A stretch of 64,000 bases of DNA from a virus: the IMG/VR virus record IMGVR_UViG_3300028822_000274, positions 1 to 64,000 of that record, one strand, 5' to 3'. A program made the translations under genes and the position numbers. Shown in pieces: positions 47,025 to 56,042 of the stretch. Position 1 is the first letter of the stretch, and each line of letters opens with the position of its first letter. The notes below the pieces were generated by a model, which saw nothing but the letters and a program-made list of their open reading frames with translations, was not told the origin of the DNA and ran no database searches.

Positions 47025-47530
47025 CGACTGGATGTATTTGGGGATATTGGGATAGATGGCACGAAGGCATGACTGCAAGCATGACTGAGGCCATGAGAGT
47101 ATGTGATGGCGATGACCTTCATGTTGTTGTTATTGAAGGATCCACTGAAATAAATGAAAAGGTAGAAGTAAAAAGAAGTTACCTTGTGCACAGAAGAAAC
47201 TATGTGAAAGATAAGGTCAAAGACATAGCAAAAGATACAGGGTACAAACCAAAAATAATTTACCATATCTATGAAACTCTAACTGAAGCAATAACAGATT
47301 GTGGCTCTTATCCATTTGATATTTTGTTTGTTGTTGAACATGATAAAAATAATTGTGTGCCATTTAACGCAAATATAGCAGCAGCACAGTTTTCAAAAAC
47401 TTCTTCCGGGCGCAAGGAAGCTAAATTGCATGTTGTTAAATCTGTATTTGAAGAAGGCACTGAAATAACATGCTCTTCAACAAGGTTAAGAAAAAGGGAG
47501 AAGCTAAGAAATAGGGCTAAAAATAAATGA
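47021..47530 (+). CDS. HIGH-superfamily nucleotidyltransferase, archaeal/eukaryotic CoaD (PPAT)-like, divergent
   Basis: GYWDRWHEG resembles GTFDxLHxGH; C-terminal LHVVKSV...ITCSSTRLR resembles ISSTxIR; 169 aa. Confidence 0.6.
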   Translation: MTTGCIWGYWDRWHEGMTASMTEAMRVCDGDDLHVVVIEGSTEINEKVEVKRSYLVHRRNYVKDKVKDIAKDTGYKPKIIYHIYETLTEAITDCGSYPFDILFVVEHDKNNCVPFNANIAAAQFSKTSSGRKEAKLHVVKSVFEEGTEITCSSTRLRKREKLRNRAKNK

Positions 47531-48165
47531 GCACTTCTATTACATTATACACTGCTGCGGAAAACGACGCGCAGGACCATGGTTCCTCTATAAGTAACGC
47601 TTTGCCCCTAACTGTAGGGTCTATTAGTGGTGGTTTTTCTTCGACCTCCTATAATGTAGCTTATAGACATAAACCTAATATATCTCAATCTGGTGAGCGT
47701 GTTGTGGTTGACAATTTTACGACAACAGTTACTGCTTCAAGCTCAAACGGAGGTGGGGCATTTAATGGTGTTGTTGGTATCCATGATGGTGATTGTCCTG
47801 ACTTGTCAACTAATAATATAGCTAAAAATTATAGTGATATAGGAAATAGTGTTTCTGTATCTTTCCCTTCAAGCAAATCTGCTGGGGACACTCTTACCCC
47901 ATCTTCGCTGAAAGATGCTGCGCAGGCTTGGTTTGATAGATCAGGTTATGCGCAAGATGATTATATTGGGATTTGGTGGGACGAGTCAGATGCGGCAAAA
48001 GGTGAGTATTGGGATTTGAGGGATGGTGATTATGAACCCCAAACTGATAGGCCAAGAATCGATCTTGAGTACCACAAAGCAAGCAAAGCCAAGTGGAATA
48101 AAACAACAAATATAAACTTAAAGATTAATGGTGTTCCATCTGATAATCTGGGCGAGGTTCTATAG
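47527..48165 (+). CDS. Beta-rich structural protein, paralog A
   Basis: Colinear with 48165..48794. Confidence 0.7.
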   Translation: MSTSITLYTAAENDAQDHGSSISNALPLTVGSISGGFSSTSYNVAYRHKPNISQSGERVVVDNFTTTVTASSSNGGGAFNGVVGIHDGDCPDLSTNNIAKNYSDIGNSVSVSFPSSKSAGDTLTPSSLKDAAQAWFDRSGYAQDDYIGIWWDESDAAKGEYWDLRDGDYEPQTDRPRIDLEYHKASKAKWNKTTNINLKINGVPSDNLGEVL

Positions 48166-48794
48166 TGGGTACGACTACTACATGGTATACGCAAGCTTTG
48201 TCTGATGCACAAGAATGTACCTCTTCTGTTATTTCTAATACTACAAACCTAACTGTCGGTTACCCAAGTAGCACTGACAAAAGGGTCGCCTATAGAGTTC
48301 AACCTAGCATTTCTCAGGACGGTGAAAGGGTAATCGTTAGCACAGCCACTTCTTCTATAAAATGCTCTACTGGAAATGGCGACGGTGCGTTTATCTCCCC
48401 TATAGGGGTTCATGACGGCAGCGCTCCAGATTTGACTTCCGATAATTTGGCTTTTAATTATACGGAAATAGAACCAAACATAGATTTTTCTGTTCCTTCG
48501 ACAAGAAGCGCAGGGGATGTCTACACCACTGGGAGCCTAAAAGATCATGTCCAGGCTTGGTTTAATCGTTCCGGATATAGCTCATCAGATTATTTGGGCG
48601 TTATTTGGGAGGGCGGCGATTCTGCGAAGAACGAATATATAGATACTTATCAGGGTAATACTTCTGCAACGGGGGATAGGTGTAGGGTCGCGTGTACTTA
48701 CCATAAAGCCAGTAAGGCAAAATGGAATGGTACAGCAAATTCTAAGTTGAAACTTAATGGTGTGGGTTCTGATAATCTGATTGAGCTGGTGTAA
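48165..48794 (+). CDS. Beta-rich structural protein, paralog B
   Basis: Shares VAYR..P.ISQ.GERV.V, HDG..PDL, QAWF.RSGY...DY.G and YHKASKAKWN with paralog A. Confidence 0.7.
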   Translation: MGTTTTWYTQALSDAQECTSSVISNTTNLTVGYPSSTDKRVAYRVQPSISQDGERVIVSTATSSIKCSTGNGDGAFISPIGVHDGSAPDLTSDNLAFNYTEIEPNIDFSVPSTRSAGDVYTTGSLKDHVQAWFNRSGYSSSDYLGVIWEGGDSAKNEYIDTYQGNTSATGDRCRVACTYHKASKAKWNGTANSKLKLNGVGSDNLIELV

Positions 48795-48817
48795 CTCAAA
48801 CGGAAGTTGAGATTATA

Positions 48818-49393
48818 ATGTCGAACGGAACCCACGAGAAGTACAACACACCGACAAGAGGGAATTCTTCATCTTTTCTTGAGAAGTATTTGGATAAAAA
48901 GGCTGACAGGGACTGGATTGAAGCAAAACTGGAGTCTGCTGCCATGCAAGTGAACACTCTGAGAGCTGATATGCACGACACGAAGAAGATCGCAAATTCT
49001 GCAAAAAGGAAATCTGAAATGCCTCATGAATGCTCACAAAAAGATATGATTGAATACACTACACAAACAATAGCCAGCTGGACAAAATGGTGGCGTGGCA
49101 TATTGGTCAGTGCGTTGGGTTTCTTGATTATAGTTGGTGGCTCGTGGCTTTATCAATACTTCACTTTAAACAACGATGTGGCAACAACAAAAACAGCTAT
49201 AACTGAGCTCAAAGGCTCTGTAAGAAGCATAGAGGAATCACAGAAAGAGCTTAGTGACATAGTTAGGGAGTCTATTATTAATGAAGACAAAAAGAACCAG
49301 AAAAATATTTCTGAGATTAGGTCTGCATTAAGAGATGTGCTAAAAGAATTTAGAGTGGCAAATGAAAATCGCAGTGGTAGGAGAGGTAGCTGA
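48818..49393 (+). CDS. Single-pass membrane coiled-coil protein
   Basis: Transmembrane segment WWRGILVSALGFLIIVGGSWLY flanked by coiled coils. Confidence 0.7.
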   Translation: MSNGTHEKYNTPTRGNSSSFLEKYLDKKADRDWIEAKLESAAMQVNTLRADMHDTKKIANSAKRKSEMPHECSQKDMIEYTTQTIASWTKWWRGILVSALGFLIIVGGSWLYQYFTLNNDVATTKTAITELKGSVRSIEESQKELSDIVRESIINEDKKNQKNISEIRSALRDVLKEFRVANENRSGRRGS

Positions 49394-49971
49394 TGCCGAG
49401 AAAAGTATTACTAGGTCCTATAGTAGACCAATTTCCTATCTACGAGCTAGACGGGATTCACAAGCATTCTGGTGGTTCTGCGTATACAGTTACGATCTGG
49501 AAGGATGGTGTTGAGCAGGCTATTGACTATACGATTACTGAAATCGGTACTTCCGGCGAGTATACATTTGAGTTCACGCCAGATGACGTCGGTTATTGGG
49601 TGGCCGAAGTCATTATCGCTTACAACACCGAGGTTTACGCGGGCGAGTATGATGTTTACGAGACGGATCCTGCTCAGGCATTGTTCAATGCTGCTTACGA
49701 TTCAGGAACGCTATATCTCGAAGCGTGGCTTGATAGGCAGGGGATTTCGGTTCCTGCCGCTGATCTGGTGTCTTGCCAGGTTGATGTGTACGAGCAGGAC
49801 GGTTCACTACTTGTCTCGTCGACATCTGCTGCCCCAAGACTGAACGGAAGATTTAGCATGACGGAATCCGTGGTTTTGTTAGACGATAAGCCGTATAATG
49901 TATCTGTGAGCGTGACTGATGCATTGGGTACAATCACAACGTACCACGCGTTTACTACGGTGCAAGGATGA
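49393..49971 (+). CDS. Ig-like beta-sandwich structural protein
   Basis: EIGTSGEYTFEFTP...GYW. Confidence 0.65.
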   Translation: MPRKVLLGPIVDQFPIYELDGIHKHSGGSAYTVTIWKDGVEQAIDYTITEIGTSGEYTFEFTPDDVGYWVAEVIIAYNTEVYAGEYDVYETDPAQALFNAAYDSGTLYLEAWLDRQGISVPAADLVSCQVDVYEQDGSLLVSSTSAAPRLNGRFSMTESVVLLDDKPYNVSVSVTDALGTITTYHAFTTVQG

Positions 49972-50114
49972 CGACTATTTTCGTGAAGAATGAACGAGTG
50001 CAGCCACTGTTTTTATCAGGGCTTGAGCCTGGTGAGTCGGTTCCGGATATTTACACGAATCTGGAAGTAGAGGTTTTAGATACCATCGAAGTCTCGATCT
50101 GCTGGGAGGACTAA
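49968..50114 (+). CDS. 48-aa acidic protein (not in the ORF track)
   Basis: ATGA-coupled; ends immediately before the next ATG. Confidence 0.5.
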   Translation: MTTIFVKNERVQPLFLSGLEPGESVPDIYTNLEVEVLDTIEVSICWED

Positions 50115-50462
50115 ATGGGACCTGTTGCAGCTACCTTTGCGATAAAACAAAATGCCAGGCGACCATATTTGAGGATGCTCGTCAAAGACCAAGATGGTAA
50201 TCCGTTTGACTTTTCTGGCGCATCTGGCGTTACTTTTTTGATGTACGACGGTGAAGGAAACGAGATTGTATCCGCTCCGGCTTCTATTGAGGCTCCTCCT
50301 TCTTCCGGGGTCCTGAGGTATGCTTGGGCTGATGGAGATACGGAAGAAGCTGGTGAGTTTCGAGCGGAATTTGATGTCTCTTACGGAGCTGATGACGTTA
50401 TGACAGTTCCGGTTAAAGGGAACATCCTTATTAGGATTTTTGGAGGTGTGAACGATGCCTAG
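50115..50462 (+). CDS. BppU N-terminal-like Ig domain protein
   Basis: IKQNARRP.L...G.LRYAWADGDT..AGEFRAEFDV...TVP. Confidence 0.7.
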   Translation: MGPVAATFAIKQNARRPYLRMLVKDQDGNPFDFSGASGVTFLMYDGEGNEIVSAPASIEAPPSSGVLRYAWADGDTEEAGEFRAEFDVSYGADDVMTVPVKGNILIRIFGGVNDA

Positions 50463-52866
50463 TGTTTCTTTGGTTGTTAATGTTGCAGGTGAATCAGAAG
50501 GTGTTCCAGGCCAATCAAGAACGTTTCCTTACTCAAAAATATCCGGTGCTGGGGCCTTAGTTACTGTGTCTCTGTCAGATAATACGGGCATCACGAGCTA
50601 CTTTTGGGAGATCGTAGATAAACCGCCCGGTTCAACTGCTGTATTGAGTGATGCCACTGCATCAGCCCCGACTTTTACAGCAACACATGCAGAGCCTGGA
50701 ACGTATCTCATACGGTGTACTGTTAACGGTGGTCAGTCTTTTGGTACTATCGGTGTAGCCTTTACGACTGATACATTGGCTCTAAGGAAAATCGCAGCAG
50801 GGGAAACCACTGAGTTCGATGCACAAAAGGGTTGGTCAGTAGCGATAAATGATATTATAGAGGCAGCTGAGAGTTTTGGTTCGGGTGCCGTCTCAGGTGT
50901 TATTCGTTCTGATGGTTCGGTGGCATTTGAGGGGGATCAGAGCTTAGGCGGCAATAAGTTGACAGATTTGGCTGCTGGGACAGAAGATAATGATGCTGCC
51001 ACGTATGCCCAGGTAGTTGCTGCATCATTGTCTGGCAGTTCTTTGTACGGCTTCCCAAATTTTAAGGAAGATTCTACTCTATCTTTTGAGCCTATTTTTT
51101 CTGAATGGCAGTTTACCATTTCTCCAGTAGATACGACTTTTGATGTTTGGGTTGGGACAAAATTCAGTCTCACAGAACAAACGTTATTGATTTCTGGTGA
51201 TTCTGGGTATCATTGGATATATTTCAACTCTGATGGGATTCTTACTGAAGTTGTAAACCCAGACGAGGTTACAAAAAGAACTTTATACAGAGAAACTGCG
51301 CTTGTTGCTATCATTTATTGGATTTCGCCAGGAACATGGATCTCCATGTCTGACGAGCGTCATGGTACGCTCATGGATGGTGCAAGTCGATATAATTTAC
51401 ACACAACGATAAGCCCAAAATACATGTCTGGTTTTGATCTTGGAGATTTTTTGCCTGATGAAGATGGATCTGTAATTGCACATGCCCAATTTTCTGTTTC
51501 TTCAGGTTCTTTTTCAGATGAAGACCTAATACATGATCTTGAAGAGCAAAGCAGTACAGCTGCTTGGTTTACTTATTTTAAAAATGGGGCTGGTGTGTGG
51601 GAAAGACACATTAATCCGGACGTAAAAAAATGTGCATCAGCAATAAAATACTTTTCTCTCGGAGAGGCATTCCTAAGCCATTACAATTTAAATTCAGAAG
51701 GCACATGGAGCTTAGAGCCTATTCCAAACGAAAAGTATTTCATGGTTCATGTTTTTGCGACTAGCGACCCAGATAGACCTTTTATATCTGTAGTTGCCAG
51801 GTCATACCATAGTATTTTATCGAAGGCGTTTTCGTCTGCCAGGGATGACATAATTGATATTTTGGCTGACCTTCCATTTCCAGAATGTATACCGATTGCG
51901 TCTGTGTGTTATCGTTCCTATAGAGGCGATACATTTGTTGTATCACTTAATTCAGATGGTGTTACTACGCATATAGATTGGAGAGAAGACACACACGAAG
52001 GAAATGTGATATTAAAAGATGGGGTAAACGTTGGGCCTCGATTTCCTGGGGACTCACTGAAACTGAGCCAGTATTCTTCTGATAGTTTGCTGGATAGGGC
52101 ATTTATTATAAATGGTATTTCTGTTGGAGATAGTATATCCGAACCTTCTATAACATTTACGATAGATGATGATTTTTGGGCTTCTATCGAGGTTTATGGT
52201 ATATCAGGTGAACTTGGATACTATAATAATATTCGGTTTCTTATACCGGATTATTTTGGTGGTGAAACAATTAATATAGCTAACTTCGGTGAGCGGCAAA
52301 CAATTTTAGGTTGCGGTGGCAGTGATCATGAGCTTATCATAGATGGAGATGATTACTCTGAGCTTGGTTTTTATTCCGATGGGGACTACAGGTGTATGTT
52401 TGAATATTCACTTGGTACAGATGCACTAACAGTTAGTGGTATAGGACTTGGCGGAGGGGATAACTACCTGTGGATTACGCCTGGTTCGTTTTATATCTCT
52501 AATGCTGGTTATTACGACGGATGTGTAGGAATACAGACTAGTGAGCAATATGACGAAACAGGTACTTACGTAGTAGATTCTTTTGAACCTTATAGAGATG
52601 CGGGCGGCTGTGAGTGGTTGTATGTTGCAGCAAATGATTCTGGGGCATCAGAAATTGTAAGAACAGGTAGAATCCATGTTGCATATAACATGGCTGATTC
52701 TTTGCTGGATGTAAATGAAGTTGTAGGGTCCGAAATAGGTACTTCAACAGACATAACTTTTGATGTAGCTATAAACGGAAGCTCAGTAGAGCTGAAGGCG
52801 ACAAATTCGCTTGGATCCTGGAGGATCACTACCTATCTACTGAACATGGATAGCAGTCACGGCTAG
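50455..52866 (+). CDS. Tail fibre-like protein with an N-terminal PKD/Ig domain
   Basis: SYFWEIVDKPPGSTAVLSDAT..PTF...PGTY; GNKLTDLAAGT..DAAT fibre motif. Confidence 0.7.
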   Translation: MPSVSLVVNVAGESEGVPGQSRTFPYSKISGAGALVTVSLSDNTGITSYFWEIVDKPPGSTAVLSDATASAPTFTATHAEPGTYLIRCTVNGGQSFGTIGVAFTTDTLALRKIAAGETTEFDAQKGWSVAINDIIEAAESFGSGAVSGVIRSDGSVAFEGDQSLGGNKLTDLAAGTEDNDAATYAQVVAASLSGSSLYGFPNFKEDSTLSFEPIFSEWQFTISPVDTTFDVWVGTKFSLTEQTLLISGDSGYHWIYFNSDGILTEVVNPDEVTKRTLYRETALVAIIYWISPGTWISMSDERHGTLMDGASRYNLHTTISPKYMSGFDLGDFLPDEDGSVIAHAQFSVSSGSFSDEDLIHDLEEQSSTAAWFTYFKNGAGVWERHINPDVKKCASAIKYFSLGEAFLSHYNLNSEGTWSLEPIPNEKYFMVHVFATSDPDRPFISVVARSYHSILSKAFSSARDDIIDILADLPFPECIPIASVCYRSYRGDTFVVSLNSDGVTTHIDWREDTHEGNVILKDGVNVGPRFPGDSLKLSQYSSDSLLDRAFIINGISVGDSISEPSITFTIDDDFWASIEVYGISGELGYYNNIRFLIPDYFGGETINIANFGERQTILGCGGSDHELIIDGDDYSELGFYSDGDYRCMFEYSLGTDALTVSGIGLGGGDNYLWITPGSFYISNAGYYDGCVGIQTSEQYDETGTYVVDSFEPYRDAGGCEWLYVAANDSGASEIVRTGRIHVAYNMADSLLDVNEVVGSEIGTSTDITFDVAINGSSVELKATNSLGSWRITTYLLNMDSSHG

Positions 52867-52875
52867 GAGGGACAT

Positions 52876-53199
52876 ATGGCTAGAAGCAAAATATTTGAGG
52901 TTGATGACTATACTTCTTCCTTTGGTGTAAGTAAAGAAGGTTTGAAGAGCGTTGTCAGCTCTAGTGCTTCAGGAAAATTTAGCAAAAAGAAAAAAGTGAA
53001 AAAGACCACCCCAAAAGAAACAGTCATACCTACGCGCGAAATGATCGAAGAGGTGGTTTCTTTGCTAGCTAAAGGGTGGACCCCCGAAAAGATAAGAAAT
53101 ACGATAGTTGATTCTGAAGGGAAAAAAATGAGTTCGGCTCAGGTAAAGGCGATTTATGATCTTGTTCGTGAGCACTTGAAAGAGACGGGTGCGCAATGA
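52876..53199 (+). CDS. Basic hypothetical protein, possible HTH
   Basis: AGGAGG RBS; Lys-rich linker. Confidence 0.6.
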   Translation: MARSKIFEVDDYTSSFGVSKEGLKSVVSSSASGKFSKKKKVKKTTPKETVIPTREMIEEVVSLLAKGWTPEKIRNTIVDSEGKKMSSAQVKAIYDLVREHLKETGAQ

Positions 53200-53600
53200 G
53201 AATCAGGAACCCACTTAATCCGGCAAGGGCTCAGGTACTTGCAGAAGCGGCGTTTGTTAAAATAGTCCCCACCCAAGTTGTTTGTACAGACAACTCTACT
53301 GAGGATATTGTTTTGGCTACTGCTTCTAGTGTTCGTGGATGTACTCTAGAATATTCATTCTTACTTCCTATAAGCGGAAAAATTCAAACTGGTACGTTGG
53401 ACGTCATACATGATGGTGCTACAGCGACGATAATCTCGAATTTATATAACTACGATGAATCTGTTGGTGAATTTCCTGGGTTGACATTTTCTGCTTCTAT
53501 AGTCGGGGATGGTTTGGTTTTGTCTTTAACTATGGCAGCCATTGGCGAGGATCCACTTTTTTCTTACAAGAAGATCGATTGGCCAGCAAGCGAACTTTAA
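53196..53600 (+). CDS. Hypothetical structural protein
   Basis: Resembles the C-terminal domain of 50455..52866 (TGxLxV...TFxxxIxG..L.L). Confidence 0.6.
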   Translation: MRIRNPLNPARAQVLAEAAFVKIVPTQVVCTDNSTEDIVLATASSVRGCTLEYSFLLPISGKIQTGTLDVIHDGATATIISNLYNYDESVGEFPGLTFSASIVGDGLVLSLTMAAIGEDPLFSYKKIDWPASEL

Positions 53601-53666
53601 AATATAAGTTTGGTTGCAGCTATAAAAGTTTGGTACCATAGACAACAACAAAGGAGACACGGCATC

Positions 53667-54122
53667 ATGAAGAATTTTGAAGTACTGAAACTGACTCAAT
53701 TTTTGAATGCCAAAGAAGCGCAAGATCTTGTCTTGTCTATAAAGGCAAACATTGCCCTACAAAAAAATATTCCTGTTTTGCGTGAAGAATTACGTGTTAT
53801 GGGCGAAGTTGAAAAGAAGGTATTGGCAAAGTCGGATAGATTTTCTGAATTTGAGAAGATAAAAAAGAAGCTTGAATCGGATTTTGAGGGGGAGGAAGAT
53901 TTAGGAAAAAAGAACAACTTGCAGCGTCAGTTTAATGATGTCGTCTCAGAATATGAGGATGAAATCGTTGAACAAAACAAAAAAATAAACGAGTGGAAGA
54001 ATTTTTTGGAGGAGCCTTCTTCACTTGATTTGATGAAGATTTCTCTTTCAGATATAAAAAACGAGTCGATGAGCAAAGCTGGGTTCGAGGCCTTATCCCT
54101 TCTCATCGAAGAAGATGAGTAA
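53667..54122 (+). CDS. Coiled-coil hypothetical protein, possible fibre chaperone
   Basis: AAGGAG RBS. Confidence 0.65.
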   Translation: MKNFEVLKLTQFLNAKEAQDLVLSIKANIALQKNIPVLREELRVMGEVEKKVLAKSDRFSEFEKIKKKLESDFEGEEDLGKKNNLQRQFNDVVSEYEDEIVEQNKKINEWKNFLEEPSSLDLMKISLSDIKNESMSKAGFEALSLLIEEDE

Positions 54123-54190
54123 CCGGCTTTTCTTGTTTTTATGCTCAATATGTTTGTGACTATTGGGTTGCTACGTGATAGGATTTTGAC

Positions 54191-55459
54191 ATGCCTGGAG
54201 TAGGAGTAAAACCTTATGGCGTTTCTGGGAGCATAGGACCTTCGTCTGCTTCGTCTTCTCCTACGTCATTGGGTCCATTTGGTTTCGATGTGAAGGCAAA
54301 AAGCGTTGGTAATGCTCTGACGATTTCTCTGGGTATTCCTGAGTTGACTGCATCTCCTGACTGGAACAGGCAGCTCAAGATCCTTCGAAAAATCGGAGAG
54401 TATCCACAGGCTCACAACGATCCTGATGCGGAAGTATTTTTGGTGAAGTCTTACGCTGCAATAGGTGGTGTGTCAGAGACTTATGATGACGCGGTTCTCC
54501 TTCCGGGACAGATTTACTATTACGCGATTTTCGCTCAGACATTGACCGGCTCGTGGGTTCACGATTGGCGCCTGGATCGAGCTGCGGCTTATCCGTATGG
54601 TCGTTGGGGTTGCGCTGATTATTTGTTTGGCTCATTGCCTTTTGGCTGGCAGAAAGCGGATTCTGATGGCTCTGGCCATCTTGAGGATTTTATCACAATC
54701 TTTGGGGCCCTTTGTGATAACATCAAGACTGACGCGGAGCATCTTCGAAGCCTTTTCGACACCACGAATATCCATACTGAGTTGATAGAGTACCTCGACG
54801 ACAAAATTGCGTGGCCGACGTGGTACTCGGCAGGCGGATTGAAGCGCAGAAAAGACACAGAAAGAGCTGTAGACCTCTACAAGCTTATCGGTCGTGAGGA
54901 TGCCTACGTCCAGCTTTTGGAGTCTGTTTCAGATTGGGACGCTGAAATAACTGAGGGCTGGCGATTCGTCATGTTCTCAAACAACAAATTTAGCTCTACG
55001 ACTCCTGACACCTCGGATCCTGACCTCTTGCCGAATGTTGGACTGACGACAGATCTCCTGAAATATACGAACGACGACGGTTCTTGGCACAGTCTTTCTG
55101 GTCTGTTGTTTTTGATGTCTGAAATAGCAGGTGTTTCTGGCCCGTTTACTTTGGCAATGGTCAGCAGGTACCATGAGCTGATAGAGCTGGCTAAAGCGAC
55201 TTATGCCAATTATCAGCTTGTGCTCATTCCTAGCAGCGAAGAACTATTTGACTTGGCATCGAGGGTGGCAGATGAGTGGGGTGTTGGCTTTGATACGATT
55301 ATCAGGCACTCTTTTGTTGACTCCGCTCTGGAAACAGATCTTGGTGCTACGACATCGAGTGTAAGCTTGTTCGAATCGTGGGGTCCTGCTGTGGCTTATA
55401 CGAGCCTGTCGAGCAACATTGATTATAGGACCTATCATTCGGCGCTAGCCTACACGTGA
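54191..55459 (+). CDS. Baseplate wedge tail protein I-like (Afp12/P2 gpI-type) with an N-terminal FN3-like domain
   Basis: YLFGSLP..WQKAD...LEDFITIFG...D.....ELIEYL...IAW...AVDLYKLIG. Confidence 0.7.
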   Translation: MPGVGVKPYGVSGSIGPSSASSSPTSLGPFGFDVKAKSVGNALTISLGIPELTASPDWNRQLKILRKIGEYPQAHNDPDAEVFLVKSYAAIGGVSETYDDAVLLPGQIYYYAIFAQTLTGSWVHDWRLDRAAAYPYGRWGCADYLFGSLPFGWQKADSDGSGHLEDFITIFGALCDNIKTDAEHLRSLFDTTNIHTELIEYLDDKIAWPTWYSAGGLKRRKDTERAVDLYKLIGREDAYVQLLESVSDWDAEITEGWRFVMFSNNKFSSTTPDTSDPDLLPNVGLTTDLLKYTNDDGSWHSLSGLLFLMSEIAGVSGPFTLAMVSRYHELIELAKATYANYQLVLIPSSEELFDLASRVADEWGVGFDTIIRHSFVDSALETDLGATTSSVSLFESWGPAVAYTSLSSNIDYRTYHSALAYT

Positions 55460-55466
55460 GGTATTT

Positions 55467-56033
55467 ATGAAGTCTTTGACAGAAAAATTTGGGTCCGTTG
55501 AGGGACCGAGAATTGTCGGGCGTTGGTTTGACAAAATCAAGTATTCGGATGGGACTGTTGAGCTTGGTCAGCACGGTGAGTTCGAATGGGGGTGGAATCA
55601 GATTCAGAATTCCTTCGCTACTCTGCTCGCCGCTTGGTGCCGTGCCGAAGCTGGTTATGGCAGAATCAGCTATCTTGCCGTTGGTGCTGGCCAGGCTTCG
55701 TGGGATGTGACTCCACCAACACAGCCGTACGCAGAAACGACGTTGAACAACGAGACGTTCCGGAAAACCATCGATCAGGCGAACATCGTATTCATTGACC
55801 CTGTGACGAATGCCTCGACTGGGGGCACACCAAGCTCAAAGCTTGAGATTACCACAACCCTTCTCGCTGCCGAGGCGAATGGTACACTGAGGGAATTTGG
55901 AATGTTTGGCGGAACAGCTACTGGAGTCACTGATTCCGGTGAAATGGTAAACTGGATTGTTCATGCTAGAATTGATAAAGATTCGAGTATGGAAATAGAA
56001 AGAAAAATCCGACTGGAATTCGTGACTGTATAG
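55467..56033 (+). CDS. Tail collar/fibre-anchor-like protein
   Basis: NQI...YLAVGAG...L.NETFRK...EANGTLREFGMFGG...IDKDS. Confidence 0.7.
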   Translation: MKSLTEKFGSVEGPRIVGRWFDKIKYSDGTVELGQHGEFEWGWNQIQNSFATLLAAWCRAEAGYGRISYLAVGAGQASWDVTPPTQPYAETTLNNETFRKTIDQANIVFIDPVTNASTGGTPSSKLEITTTLLAAEANGTLREFGMFGGTATGVTDSGEMVNWIVHARIDKDSSMEIERKIRLEFVTV

Positions 56034-56042
56034 GAGTTAAAA

